A stretch of 64,000 nucleotides of DNA. Origin: Thermoproteaceae archaeon (GTDB lineage Archaea; Thermoproteota; Thermoprotei; Thermoproteales; Thermoproteaceae). The position numbers were made by a program, and so were the translations under genes. Shown in pieces: positions 40,632-50,370 of the stretch; position 1 is the stretch's first letter, and every line of letters starts with the position of its first letter. A model generated the notes under the pieces. It was not told where the DNA came from. It searched no databases and was given only the letters and a program-made list of their open reading frames with translations. The stretch is taken from the NCBI GenBank assembly GCA_020833025.1, contig JAJHRB010000002.1, positions 1-64,000 on the forward strand, read 5' to 3'.

Positions 40632-41315
40632 GTGGGCTTCATATCGCCGAGGGCCAGAATCGCGGCCAAGTACATCTCGCCGGACGCCTACGTGTACGGC
40701 CCCACGACCGTCGGAGGGGATAGCTTCGTCGACGCGTCAATCATAGGCTATCCCTCACGCCAGAAGCTGCTCGGGGCCTTCTCGTTGCTCGATGAGCTGA
40801 GCGACGGCGCGAGAATAGGCGAGCGCGTGATAGTGAGGAGCGGCGCGGTGGTGTATGAAAACGTCGAAATAGGCGATGGCTGCGAGCTCGGCCACAGCGT
40901 GCTCGTGAGAGAGCAGAGCAGGATCGGGAGGTGGACGTTAATAGGCAGCGGGACGGTCATAGAGCGCGGCGTTGTTATCGGCAGCAGGGCCCGGATACAG
41001 TCAATGGCATACATTCCCAATAATACGGTAATAGAGGATGATGTCTTCATAGGGCCCAACGCTGTCATAACGAACGATAAATACCCTCCCAGCGGGCGGA
41101 TAGCCCCTGTCGTGATCAGGAGGGGCGCAATCATAGGCGCGAACTCAACGCTGATAGCCGGCATAGAAATCGGCGAGGGCGCTGTCGTTGCCGCCGGCGC
41201 CGTCGTCACGAGGAGCGTGCCGCCAGGAGTCGTGGTTGCCGGCGTTCCTGCCAGGGTGGTGGGTAGCGCAGAGGATTACGCGCGGAAACGCGCCATGTAC
41301 GAGCGCGGTCTCTGA
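40632..41315 (+). CDS. Hexapeptide-repeat acetyltransferase (sugar-nucleotide type)
   Basis: Left-handed beta-helix repeats, [18 protein letters not shown]. Confidence 0.88.
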   Translation: MGFISPRARIAAKYISPDAYVYGPTTVGGDSFVDASIIGYPSRQKLLGAFSLLDELSDGARIGERVIVRSGAVVYENVEIGDGCELGHSVLVREQSRIGRWTLIGSGTVIERGVVIGSRARIQSMAYIPNNTVIEDDVFIGPNAVITNDKYPPSGRIAPVVIRRGAIIGANSTLIAGIEIGEGAVVAAGAVVTRSVPPGVVVAGVPARVVGSAEDYARKRAMYERGL

Positions 41316-41333
41316 GTCCGAGCAGCGCGGCTC

Positions 41334-42284
41334 TCAGCGTATCTCCTCTGCGAGCGCGACGAGGAGCTCCACGGCGTGCCGCACGTCGTCCTTGTGCACC
41401 ATCTCGACGGGAGAGTGCGAGTACTTGGTCAGTATTCCGATGGACACGGCGGGAACTCCAGCCATCAAAAACGCGGCGGCGTCCGTCCCGCCGCCGCCCG
41501 AGCCAACCTGCACCGGCACTCCCCGCCTCCTGGCTATCTCGAGGACTCTCCTCGCGAGCTTGTTGCTGTAGGCCGCGTAGCTGTCAAACAGCCTCAGCAC
41601 GGGCCCCTGCCCTGGCTTGGCGTTTCCAGTGTAGCCCGGGTGGCAGCAGGCCATGGTGTCCACCACGACGACGTACTTGCCCTCAATGCCTCTGGAGAGC
41701 GCGCGGGCGCCCAGGAGCCCCATCTCCTCCTGCACCGTCCAGACGTACGTCGCCGGCGCGCCGCGCCTGTAGGCCTCGAGCAGAATCCAGCAGCCGACTC
41801 TGTCGTCAAGCGCAGATGCCGACACGAACCTCCCCATCTCGGCGTACCGCCGCGCGAACGCCGCGGGAGTCACGGGAGAGATGCCGAGCGACAGGGCCTC
41901 GTCCCTGCTGCTCGCCCCAATGTCGATGAAGAGATCCTGCCATGTTATCTGCTCCTGCCTCTGGTGGAAGTGAGGCGGGGCGATCCCAATGACGCCCTCG
42001 ACCCTGAAGCCCTCTCCATACAGGACTACAGTGGTGCCTGGCAGGATTCTGTCGTCCACGCTTCCGACCTTCCTAAACCGCAACCTGCCGTCGTCCTCAA
42101 TCGACGTGACGAGGAGGCCCACCTCGTCCATGTGCGCCGCGAAGACGAGCCTCGCCCTGCCGCGCGCGTACACGTTTCCCAGCTCGTCCGCCTCGGCCTC
42201 TGGCACAGCCTCGGCGAGTCTCTGCCTCACCTCCTCCTCAAAGCCAGAGACCCCCAGCGCGCCCGTGAGCGTCTTGAGGTCCAT
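41334..42284 (-). CDS. M42 family aminopeptidase
   Basis: AAHMDEVG, LDDRVG, VQEEMG, GGTDA, YSHSP. Confidence 0.92.
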   Translation of the reverse strand: MDLKTLTGALGVSGFEEEVRQRLAEAVPEAEADELGNVYARGRARLVFAAHMDEVGLLVTSIEDDGRLRFRKVGSVDDRILPGTTVVLYGEGFRVEGVIGIAPPHFHQRQEQITWQDLFIDIGASSRDEALSLGISPVTPAAFARRYAEMGRFVSASALDDRVGCWILLEAYRRGAPATYVWTVQEEMGLLGARALSRGIEGKYVVVVDTMACCHPGYTGNAKPGQGPVLRLFDSYAAYSNKLARRVLEIARRRGVPVQVGSGGGGTDAAAFLMAGVPAVSIGILTKYSHSPVEMVHKDDVRHAVELLVALAEEIR

Positions 42285-42335
42285 TGAGTGCAGCGGGCGT
42301 GGCAGCGTTAAAAAGGCCAGACACCGGCAGCGGTC

Positions 42336-43004
42336 GTGCCCTATCACGTCCGCGCCGGGCGCGAGGATATAGCGCCCGCGGTGGTGGGAGTTGGCGACCC
42401 CGCTAGGGCAGAGCTCTACGCCTCGCTAATGGAGGGGGCCAGGCCGGTGAGCGCGGGCCGCTATCTCGTTTACACCGGGCGCGTGAGGGGCAAGCGCGTT
42501 ACCGTGGCCGCGCACGGCATCGGCGGGCCGTCTATTGCAATACTGCTCGAGGAGCTGAGACAGCTCGGCATGGAGGTGTTCATCCGGATAGGCACGGCGG
42601 GCTCCCTCGGGCAGCTGCGTGCCGGCGACGTGCTGGTGGCGGCGGCGGCCGCGGCCCCCGCCGGCGGGCTCTTCGGCGCGTACTTCCCGGGATACAACCC
42701 GCCCCTCTCGGCAGATCCCGTCCTCACGGCGAGACTGGCAGAGGCGCTCAAGGCGCCGGTAGGTTACGTCGTGTCCAGCGACGCATTTTACGTCGAGGAC
42801 GAGGGATTTGCGAGGCTGTGGCGCGAGCGCGGCGCTGCGGCCGTCGAGATGGAGTGCGCCGCGGCGATGGCGCTGGGATGGCTCAGGGGATTCAGGGTGG
42901 GCTGCGTGCTGGTAATATCAAACGTCGTCGGGAGGCGCGAGACAGCGGCAGACCTGCGGGATAGGCTCGCCGAGGTGTTCATGAGGGTGGTGGATGTTAT
43001 TTAG
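42336..43004 (+). CDS. Purine-nucleoside phosphorylase (PNP/UDP family)
   Basis: GDPARA, HGIGGPS, IRIGTAG, SSDAFY, VEMECA. Confidence 0.9.
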   Translation: MPYHVRAGREDIAPAVVGVGDPARAELYASLMEGARPVSAGRYLVYTGRVRGKRVTVAAHGIGGPSIAILLEELRQLGMEVFIRIGTAGSLGQLRAGDVLVAAAAAAPAGGLFGAYFPGYNPPLSADPVLTARLAEALKAPVGYVVSSDAFYVEDEGFARLWRERGAAAVEMECAAAMALGWLRGFRVGCVLVISNVVGRRETAADLRDRLAEVFMRVVDVI

Positions 43005-43010
43005 TGGCGC

Positions 43011-43616
43011 TTAAAAAGGCGCGGAGCTGGCTGGCCGGCCCGGGCCCGGCCGGGCGGAGCCGCCCTCCCAGCGCGGGGCGAGCTCGTGCCTTATGCCGAG
43101 GGCGTCGAGCACGCGCCCGGCGAATGCCGTCACGAGCTCCTCGATCGTCCTGGGCTTGGTGTAGAAGCCGGGAGACGCCGGCATTACCACTGCTCCTGCG
43201 AGGATCGCGCGCTCTATGTTCCTAGCGTGCACAAGAGAGAGCGGGCTCTCCCGGATAACCAGCACGACGCGCCTCCTCTCCTTGAGCGCGACCTCGGCAG
43301 CCCTGACGATTAAGTTGAGCGTAATTCCATTGGCGACGGCGGCCAGGGTCTTCGTCGAGCAAGGCACTATCGCGACGGCGTCTATGCCGAAGCTCCCCGA
43401 GGCGGGCGGCGCCGTCAAGTCGCTCTCGTCCCACACATAGTCGGCGAGCGACTTGACGTGAGACGCGCTGTAGTCAGTCTCGAGCTGTATTATCTTCTCT
43501 GCAGTCTTTGATATGGACAGGTGCACCTCGGCGCCAACTCTCCTGAGGAGCTCCAGCACCTTAATGCCGTATATCACGCCGGACGCTCCGGTGATCCCGA
43601 CGAAGACCCGCATCAT
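43011..43616 (-). CDS. ubiX: Flavin prenyltransferase UbiX
   Basis: GITGASG, PPASGS, PCSTKTL, RESPL, PGFY. Confidence 0.93.
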   Translation of the reverse strand: MMRVFVGITGASGVIYGIKVLELLRRVGAEVHLSISKTAEKIIQLETDYSASHVKSLADYVWDESDLTAPPASGSFGIDAVAIVPCSTKTLAAVANGITLNLIVRAAEVALKERRRVVLVIRESPLSLVHARNIERAILAGAVVMPASPGFYTKPRTIEELVTAFAGRVLDALGIRHELAPRWEGGSARPGPGRPASSAPF

Positions 43617-43637
43617 CCCGAGCGTCCGGAGCCTGCC

Positions 43638-43790
43638 TTATTGAACGGACGCTGCTGCCGTCGCGACGGCAGCAGCGTCCGTTGGGTACTGCTCCAGCCT
43701 CAGCTTAGGCCTCCTGAATGCCGGCAGCGACTCTACGAAGATCTCCAGCTCGCGCCTGCTTCTGAGCCGCCCGGGGCGCGGCTCGGGCAT
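43638..43790 (-). pseudogene. Truncated N-terminus of a METTL5-like RNA methyltransferase (50 aa)
   Basis: RRELEIFVESLPAFRRPKLRLEQYPTD, then stop; no SAM-binding motif. Confidence 0.65.
43644..43683. repeat. Perfect 40-bp palindrome
   Basis: AACGGACGCTGCTGCCGTCG-CGACGGCAGCAGCGTCCGTT. Confidence 0.95.
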
Positions 43791-44320
43791 CTGCCTGCCC
43801 GGGGCCGGGTCCTTATATGGCTGGGCGGCCGGCAGATCTTGAGGTCGGTCGTGCAGGGCGCTGCCGATCCCGGCAGGCAGTGGGGGCGAGACCGGCCTCC
43901 CGCGACCGCGGGCATTGAGATGGGTCTCGAGCCGGTTGGCGGCAGGAGCGGCGGGGCTCGGGCCGAGCGGCGCGCCCCGGCCCGACCTGCTGAGGCTGGC
44001 CGAGGGAGGCGCGGCTGTCTAGCAGGGAGGGCGAGAGGCGGAAGGGCGTGGAGGGCAGCCCGTGAAAAGTCTAGAGACGTGACGGCGGCTGAGAGGAGGT
44101 GCAAAAAAGATCTTAGAGGCGCAATTCGGGACGTGCTTAAGATGCACGGCATCAAGCCGTTGTCTAGAGACTTGCGGCACATTGAGCTCGAAGAGGGCAA
44201 AGGCGGCGGGGAACCTGGCGGTGCAGCCCTCAGGCGAGAGCTCCGTCGCGCTGCCAAATTGTCTGTTCTGCCAGGGGCGCGGCTCCGCAGGACCTCGCCG
44301 AGCTCCCTAGCCGCTACACG

Positions 44321-44328
44321 CTTTTAAG
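44321..44328 (+). promoter_or_regulatory. TATA box of tRNA-Leu 5' half
   Basis: CTTTTAAG 22 nt before G1 at 44350. Confidence 0.7.
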
Positions 44329-44349
44329 CACGCCGCGCCACTTAAAGTG

Positions 44350-44407
44350 GCGGGGGTGCCCGAGCCAGGTCAAAGGGGCGGGCGGGTGGTTAATGGGCGC
44401 CTCCCGC
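44350..44407 (+). tRNA. Split tRNA-Leu 5' half (positions 1-21, 44350-44373) with trailer
   Basis: GCGGGGGTGCCCGAGCCAGGTCAA then AGGGGCGGGCGGGTGGTTAATGGGCGC; no anticodon or T-arm follows. Confidence 0.9.
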
Positions 44408-45010
44408 TACTCTCCACTTACTATATTATCTCCCGGGTTTCAAAGCGCTTGTACATATCCCCTGGCCGCCGCGGTAAACGCCAGTAGCCCCCTGGAGCGG
44501 CATACCCGTCTTATCTCGCGCCGCCACGAGAGTCCCCTCGTAGGGGCATCCGGGGGTGCACCACTCGGGCGGCGGCGTGTATTCGACCCTCTGCACACGC
44601 CGAGCCTCTGCGGAAGCTCGAAGACTAAGGCGGCCCTGAGCCACTTCGGCTCATGCCTCTATCCGCCGCGCTCATACCCTCATCCGCCTCGCCGCGTTCT
44701 CGACTCTCTCGACGACCGCTCCGGCCGCCTCCGCCAGGCAGATAAGCATTCCGTAACTCCCTGCTAGGTAGCAAGCCAGAGGGACGCTGCGGCCAGAACC
44801 CAAGGGCTCCCACCCGCGACAACCCTCCTGTTCCCCTCAAGGGATATCCAAAGCCCTCCTCGCCGCGGAGGCCGGGATAAGCGCCGTGTTTGTGATGGAC
44901 GCATGGCATGAAAATTACCTGTCGTTGGCGAAACGTTATCCTGTAAGTACGCGGGCGTCTCGACGGGTTACAGCGCTAGCATCTTCACCATAACGCTGAG
45001 GGAGCAGAAG

Positions 45011-45613
45011 GTGTATCTAGACGTGGGAGGGGATCCCGGCTACCCCTCTGGGCCGGTGGTGTTTGCCGCCGGCTTCTACGGCGATTACGCCGTGGCGAGG
45101 TATAAGGAGATGGAGATGAGCCCCATGTGTCCGCTCGGTTGCGAAACCGGCTACACAGCCGATGTGTATCTGGCGAGGCCCGTCTTTCAGAGCGACAGCA
45201 CAATCAAGCCGTTGTCGGCGCCGACTACACGCCAAACGACGCCGACGGGCTGAGCAGATTCTTCATAACAGCCAAACACATACTGGAGCTACTTAACCGC
45301 TAGACATGACTACTTGCTGTACCTAGACTCTTTCTACGTCGAGAAGAGCGTTAGCGGGATCGACATTTTCTCGGTGGGGATGCCGTGGCCTTTCGAGAGC
45401 TCCATAGCCGCAGACGGCAAGCTGACGGTGGGCATAGGGCAGGTACAACAGACGGTGTTGCTTGCCGTAGCCGAGGCCACATTGGATCCGGCCTATAAAT
45501 CTACAGACGACGTGGTGGGCCGGTACTATACGCCCGGCGTTGAGTTCAACGTGGAGAGCTACGACTCGCAAATCGCCTCGCCTCTCGTAGATGTGTATAC
45601 TGTGCCGCAGTAA
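45011..45613 (+). pseudogene. Interrupted gene for a probable secreted protein
   Basis: Protein-like ORFs 45011-45253 and 45314-45613 in the same frame, separated by stops. Confidence 0.5.
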
Positions 45614-45663
45614 TAAATCTATTTTTTCGCACTGACTTCCCCTGAGCGCAACATGGTTTTGCT

Positions 45664-47139
45664 ATGAGATTTCTCGCGAATGCGGCAGTGGTTGCTGTGT
45701 TTGCGGCTGTAGCGTTTGTCGCCGCGGCTGGGAGGGGGCCTGAGGGGGATGCCTACAGCTACGCGGCTCTGCACGTGACTCTTCATGGGAAGATCGCGGC
45801 GCTCTCTCATTACGACGTGCTGAAGACCACCGAGCCGCTGACCTGCTCGGACGGCGCCCGCAACTTCACGTGCCTCCTCATGAAGACAGACGTAAACCCC
45901 GTCTTAAACGAGCTGGGGAAAATAGGCGTGAGGCCTACAGCAACGCCCACTGCGCATAGGTGGGTCTTGGTGCTTGAATACAACTTTACAGAAGACGCCT
46001 GGCGCTGGCGCAACGTCACGGTGCTAAAAAGCTGGGAGCTCAGGTGGAACAACGAGACAGTATACCTCCTCCAGGCGCAAATTAAGAGGTCGCTGGGCGA
46101 AATGGTGAGGATAAACAGGGAGCTCTCAGAGACGTTTTTCGGGCGGCGGGAGCTGAAGAATATAACCGCCGTGGCTGTACACGCAGATAAAATTGCCGTA
46201 GGAACCTCTAACGGCACGGTAACCAACGGCAGAGGCAAGCCGGACCACAGGACAGTAGGGAGAATAAGGGAGCATATTAAGAGAAAATACGGCGACATGG
46301 TCGTTGAAGTATACTACACAACTGGAGCAAAGCCTCTAGTAGAAATGGCTGGAGATTACCCGGTCCTTACGGACTTTAACTCATTCGGGCAGTACAAGTA
46401 CGAGGGCGGCGCTGCGTGCACTCTCGGCTATCTTGGCTATCTCTACGGCGATCCTAACCTGCCGGCAGTAATCACCGCGTGGCACTGCTTCGGCTTCGTG
46501 GGTACGGACAGAACATCGCCTTACACGGCACGTATTTCCTTCATGACGCCAAAGTGCGTACTGTGCAGTATTACGGCTCCAAGCGATGGCTTCCTCAACC
46601 CAGGCCCATACTATTGGTGGGAATGGTACATTAAGCCCATGCTTTTTGTACAGTCCGACTCTGCGTTAATAGGAAAGGCTAATGATCCAAGCTATTTTGA
46701 GAGGCTGGGCCTGAAGTTCGGCTACATAAGGGGGGCTGACGGTAGTAGTGACCTGCCGATCATGTTACAACTGTCGAAGTACGATGTGAAAGAGGGGGAT
46801 TCCTTATGGATAAGACTGGGCCGTTCGGGCGTGGTGAGCAAAAATGTGGTAAACTCGCTTTGTGCCAGCTTTCTACCTCTACCTGATTTTATCCGGAGCA
46901 TCTTTGATCCTTCCGTGTATTACATACCCGCGTTGAGTTGCCACACCAGGCTGTCAGCCGGCACTTATGAACCCGTGCCAGGCGACTCCGGCTCGCCAGT
47001 CTATAGGCTCCGCATAGGTTCAGATTACAGGTATGCAGTAGTAGATGCCTACGGCGTTCTCTCTGCTGAGGAGTGGACTAAGGAGGTATACGTGGCTGAC
47101 ATAAGTTGGATTTACGTAAAGGTGTCATGGCTGGGTTAG
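45664..47139 (+). CDS. Secreted chymotrypsin-like (S1) serine protease with N-terminal pro-region
   Basis: Signal peptide; CTLG, ITAWHC (His), SDSALI (Asp), PGDSGSP (Ser). Confidence 0.85.
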   Translation: MRFLANAAVVAVFAAVAFVAAAGRGPEGDAYSYAALHVTLHGKIAALSHYDVLKTTEPLTCSDGARNFTCLLMKTDVNPVLNELGKIGVRPTATPTAHRWVLVLEYNFTEDAWRWRNVTVLKSWELRWNNETVYLLQAQIKRSLGEMVRINRELSETFFGRRELKNITAVAVHADKIAVGTSNGTVTNGRGKPDHRTVGRIREHIKRKYGDMVVEVYYTTGAKPLVEMAGDYPVLTDFNSFGQYKYEGGAACTLGYLGYLYGDPNLPAVITAWHCFGFVGTDRTSPYTARISFMTPKCVLCSITAPSDGFLNPGPYYWWEWYIKPMLFVQSDSALIGKANDPSYFERLGLKFGYIRGADGSSDLPIMLQLSKYDVKEGDSLWIRLGRSGVVSKNVVNSLCASFLPLPDFIRSIFDPSVYYIPALSCHTRLSAGTYEPVPGDSGSPVYRLRIGSDYRYAVVDAYGVLSAEEWTKEVYVADISWIYVKVSWLG

Positions 47140-47603
47140 TACGTGATTATAATACAAATATCTTTTTAAAATATTTTATCATTTCTTTAATATTATTTTA
47201 TGTAATAAATTTAATTTACATAAGGCATGCAACCACCAGCCCCCGCGTAATGGCGTGGTGTCTGTCTGCCACAATCTTTCTCCTACCTCCGTTGCTTTCG
47301 TTGCTTTTATTACGGCAACCTACTGCAGCCAGAGTTTACTTTCACCTTGCTGTAAATATTTCTGTACTTCTTCTCATGTCCAAAGTTTATTCATCATCTG
47401 GCATTTTTCTTATGAAATGCATAGAAGGTTATTGCGAGGAATTTCTAATAAAATGCATAGATATTAGAGTGGCGCCAGCATTAAGCACAGGCCTAGGCCT
47501 TCTGCTCGGCGCAGCTGCCATGCATAATTACGAGAGGAAAACCAGATATGCGTACTATGTAGCAATTATGCTGTGGATTGTTATTGTCGTTCTAACTTTC
47601 TAG
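47106..47603 (+). CDS. AT-rich multi-TM membrane protein
   Basis: About four hydrophobic segments; overlaps protease stop; strongly atypical composition. Confidence 0.65.
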   Translation: MDLRKGVMAGLVRDYNTNIFLKYFIISLILFYVINLIYIRHATTSPRVMAWCLSATIFLLPPLLSLLLLRQPTAARVYFHLAVNISVLLLMSKVYSSSGIFLMKCIEGYCEEFLIKCIDIRVAPALSTGLGLLLGAAAMHNYERKTRYAYYVAIMLWIVIVVLTF

Positions 47604-48449
47604 CTTTGTAGTTGCAATGGCTCTCTACAGAGGATATGTCAATCATCAACAAGCTCGCTGAGGCCGTGGAACGTGGGTCAATGCCTAAAGGTACGCAGTT
47701 TAGGCCTATAGATTTTTGACCTTCATAACATTATTTTGTTGATTCGGAGCAGGAAACGGAGTTTAAGACGGCGCCTCGTTGATTTGACATATTTGTTTAG
47801 CTGGGCTGTGGGCTGAGAAGCCACTTATAGCCGTGACGTCTATTTGGGTGCTTCTATGTGCATTTGGAGGGTTAGGTCTCTCGGGATCTGGGCTTGGTGG
47901 GTAGCAGTAAGGCAGCTTGCGGCAGGTTCCTCCGCCGCCGCGGCTATTATTCGCCGATCTGAAACCGGCGTCCAGAGCCGCTGTATACCGCCTCGCTGTT
48001 GATATGTACTGTCTCCACGGCATATGTAAGCTACTTAAGGAGATACTTGAAACATAGGGGAATCACAGTTAAAAAAATGCCAAGTCCCCCGCCGTCTTCA
48101 TCCCGTTGCTGCTTTTAAATTGTTACCCATAGAAGTTTTTGTGGTCCTTGCCATGATGCGGGTTCCCCGGCGTGGGCGGCCACGGCTCAGCTGGGCAGCC
48201 TAGCCATCTGCCGAGCTTATTCTCTGGACAGCCATGTACGACTTAGGCATTAATCGCGCTAATTGATTCGGCGGCCTTTATGATGCTTGTGAGGGGAAGT
48301 GCTGATGTTGTCAGAACGCCTGTTGATACAAGCCGCCAAAAAAGACGAGAGAATACGCAAAACTCTCACCCAATTCCTCGAAGAAAAACTAAAGACGGCG
48401 GAAGGCAAAAGAAAAGAAAGAATCATACACGCCCTGAACCAACTAAAAA

Positions 48450-48457
48450 CTTAAAAA
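48450..48457 (+). promoter_or_regulatory. TATA box of tRNA-Leu(TAG) 3' half
   Basis: CTTAAAAA about 24 nt before the leader. Confidence 0.75.
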
Positions 48458-48482
48458 CGTCACACTAGAAGAAAAACGCCCC

Positions 48483-48568
48483 AACCACCCGCCTGCCCGC
48501 CCAGAGGGGCAGGGTTTAGGTCCCTGTGGCGTAGGCCTGCGTGGGTTCAAATCCCACCCCCCGCACCA
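48483..48568 (+). tRNA. Split tRNA-Leu(TAG) 3' half (positions 22-76 from 48505) with leader
   Basis: AGGGG-CAGGG-TT-TAG-GT-CCCTG, long variable arm, T-arm, CCCCCGC-A-CCA; leader AACCACCCGCCTGCCC complements 44376-44391. Confidence 0.9.
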
Positions 48569-48691
48569 CCCTCCTCCGGGCACTCCCTCCGCGGGTGGCA
48601 GCCCGGCACGTGAGGCGAAGTAGAGTGCCTTCAATTCTAGTGCCTCTCCGTGCGCGTGAAAGATTTTAAAAGCTGCCGCCACGTCTTAACG

Positions 48692-48842
48692 GCGGCGGTA
48701 GCTCAGCCTGGTTAGAGCACCCAGGGGCGCCGCCCCGTGTAGGAGTCTGGCCGCGGAGGCCGCGCGGCCGGGCGGTGCGGCTCATAACCGGGGGGACCCG
48801 GGTTCGGGGAGTGCCCGCCCAGAAATCCCGGCCGCCGCACCA
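48692..48842 (+). tRNA. tRNA with CAT anticodon (probably elongator Met), introns at 29/30 (48723-48742), 30/31 (48744-48779) and 56/57 (48806-48822)
   Basis: Each intron forms a BHB; mature stem CCCGG/CCGGG; lacks initiator features; Ile2 not excluded. Confidence 0.85.
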
Positions 48843-49856
48843 CTCTCTCAGAGCATGGGTTACGCACAGCGTGCGGCAACTCCCCCTGTCTCGGCATTCC
48901 GCCTCTTGCCCTCCCTGTTAGACAGCCTCTCCTCCTCCCTGCGCCCCTTCTCCAGCTTCTCCATCTCCCTCCTCTGCCTCTCCAAGTGTTGTAGTACGGG
49001 TATCTGCGGGCCCGCCTCATCGCCTCGCCTCCTTCTTCACCAGCTTCTCCAGCTCCTTCACAGCTTTCAAAAGATCCGCAGCGGGGCCTGGGCCCTGCAT
49101 GGCGCGAGGGCTGCGTCCTTCACAACTTTCAAAAGATCCGCTGTTCGTGTAGTCGGGGCGCAGGTAAGCGCCGCCTTGTGGCGGGATTGCGTTTTAAAAG
49201 AATTCGTTACTGCGAGACTAGGATACTGCAGAAATCAGTCTTCTGTCTGTAGACAGAGAGAGTGAGCTTGTGCTTTTCCAGACGCCTTACGAGTCGGGGC
49301 GGCCTCACCCTGTGTTGATATACGGCAGGAGGAGAGTGGACAGGACATGGCTGGTTAAGAAGCTTCTGAGGGGGGGTCTTTACTTTTACGCCCAGAGGAG
49401 GTCTCTGCACGACGAGCTTTCTCGGGCCCTCCCGACCCGAGGGTAATTGCTGTTGTTACGTATTGAGAGAGTATTCCGAGAGCCGCCCCTGGCAGCCAAC
49501 GGCGGCACGGCAGATGCACGTACAAGGGAGCACTGCGGCTAGGAAGGGCGCGGTCCTCTAATGTAGTATCGAAAGTTATTAAGTCTAGGCTTACCTAACC
49601 CTTACCAGTACCATGCAGAGGGCGGCAGAGATTTCTCTTTACTAAGTTCAACATGGTGCTCCGTGCACGGCGGTGGTGTACAAGGCGCTCTCCGTGGCGT
49701 TTAAGGCGTAGGACGGGGGCTGGCGACGGGCACAACGCCGTGAGGGGCAGGCCCGAGGTGCTTGAGCGGCAGACATGGCTGAATACGCTGGGGAGCTCTC
49801 CTACGCGCCAGGCGGCATCGCCGTAATCCCAGGCACAGTTTAAACTGCCGGATCCG

Positions 49857-50141
49857 GTGGAGGGGTTGTTGAGGGAGCGGCCTGAATTAGGCGTCTTCGG
49901 CGTGGAGTGGGTTAGGGCGTGGATTCACGTGGGGGAGAGGCTGGTGGAGGTCGCTCGTGTGTCGCGGAGGCTCCCGCGGGCGGTCGGGGTAATCAAAAGC
50001 AAGCCCGTGGACTGCATCCACCCCTACACGCTGGGAGTGTTACGTGGCCGGGAGCGGATACGTGGGAATCCTCTAGTCTGCGCCCTCATGCTAGTCCGGG
50101 CTGTGCTACCGGGGCTCTCTGGCGGCGTTAATGCAGATTGA
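49857..50141 (+). pseudogene. Probable fragment of a hypothetical gene
   Basis: N-part protein-like, C-part looks out of frame. Confidence 0.3.
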
Positions 50142-50148
50142 TTTTTCT

Positions 50149-50370
50149 TCACGTGACCCAGACGTTGGCCCTCCTCAGGTGCTCTACGAATTCCTCCAGC
50201 CCGAGCCCCGAGACTTTCTGGGAGAGACGGAGGTTTCCCGTCTCTATGAAGAGCTTGATTGCGGCTCTCACCCTCGGCGGCAGCGAGTTTATATAGTTCC
50301 AGTCTGCCTCCCTCCTTCTGAGCTCCCTGGCCTCCCTCTCGCGGTCGATCAGCTCCTGCAGTCTCTCCAC
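50149..50370 (-). CDS. UPF0175-like antitoxin, copy 2
   Basis: HTH-like tail (LSQKVSGLGLEEF); overlaps PIN gene end. Confidence 0.75.
   Translation of the reverse strand: MERLQELIDREREARELRRREADWNYINSLPPRVRAAIKLFIETGNLRLSQKVSGLGLEEFVEHLRRANVWVT

Noticed and set aside
43521-44327. 268-aa ORF and overlapping 174-aa antisense ORF
   Set aside because: Arg/Gly/Pro-rich with no motifs; overlaps ubiX and the methyltransferase remnant
44374-48504. A giant 4.1-kb cis intron in tRNA-Leu(TAG)
   Set aside because: The 3' half has its own TATA, and the CAG half on the opposite strand needs the same 5' half in trans
44350-48568. Integrase-type element with att sites in tRNA-Leu
   Set aside because: No integrase and no direct repeat longer than AGGGGC; the ends are complementary, not direct repeats
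48569-48660. Permuted tRNA (5' exon downstream of the 3' half)
   Set aside because: No positions 1-21 sequence follows either Leu 3' half
48577-48817. 11-nt complementarity between Leu 3'-half trailers (CGGGCACTCCC) and the 56/57 intron
   Set aside because: Short and GC-rich with no mechanism; a similar motif occurs near 22028
49054-49141. Two 26-nt direct repeats 36 nt apart, CRISPR-like spacing
   Set aside because: The repeat reads as coiled-coil coding sequence (ADLLKAVKE) on the minus strand, does not resemble the family repeat, and has no leader or third copy
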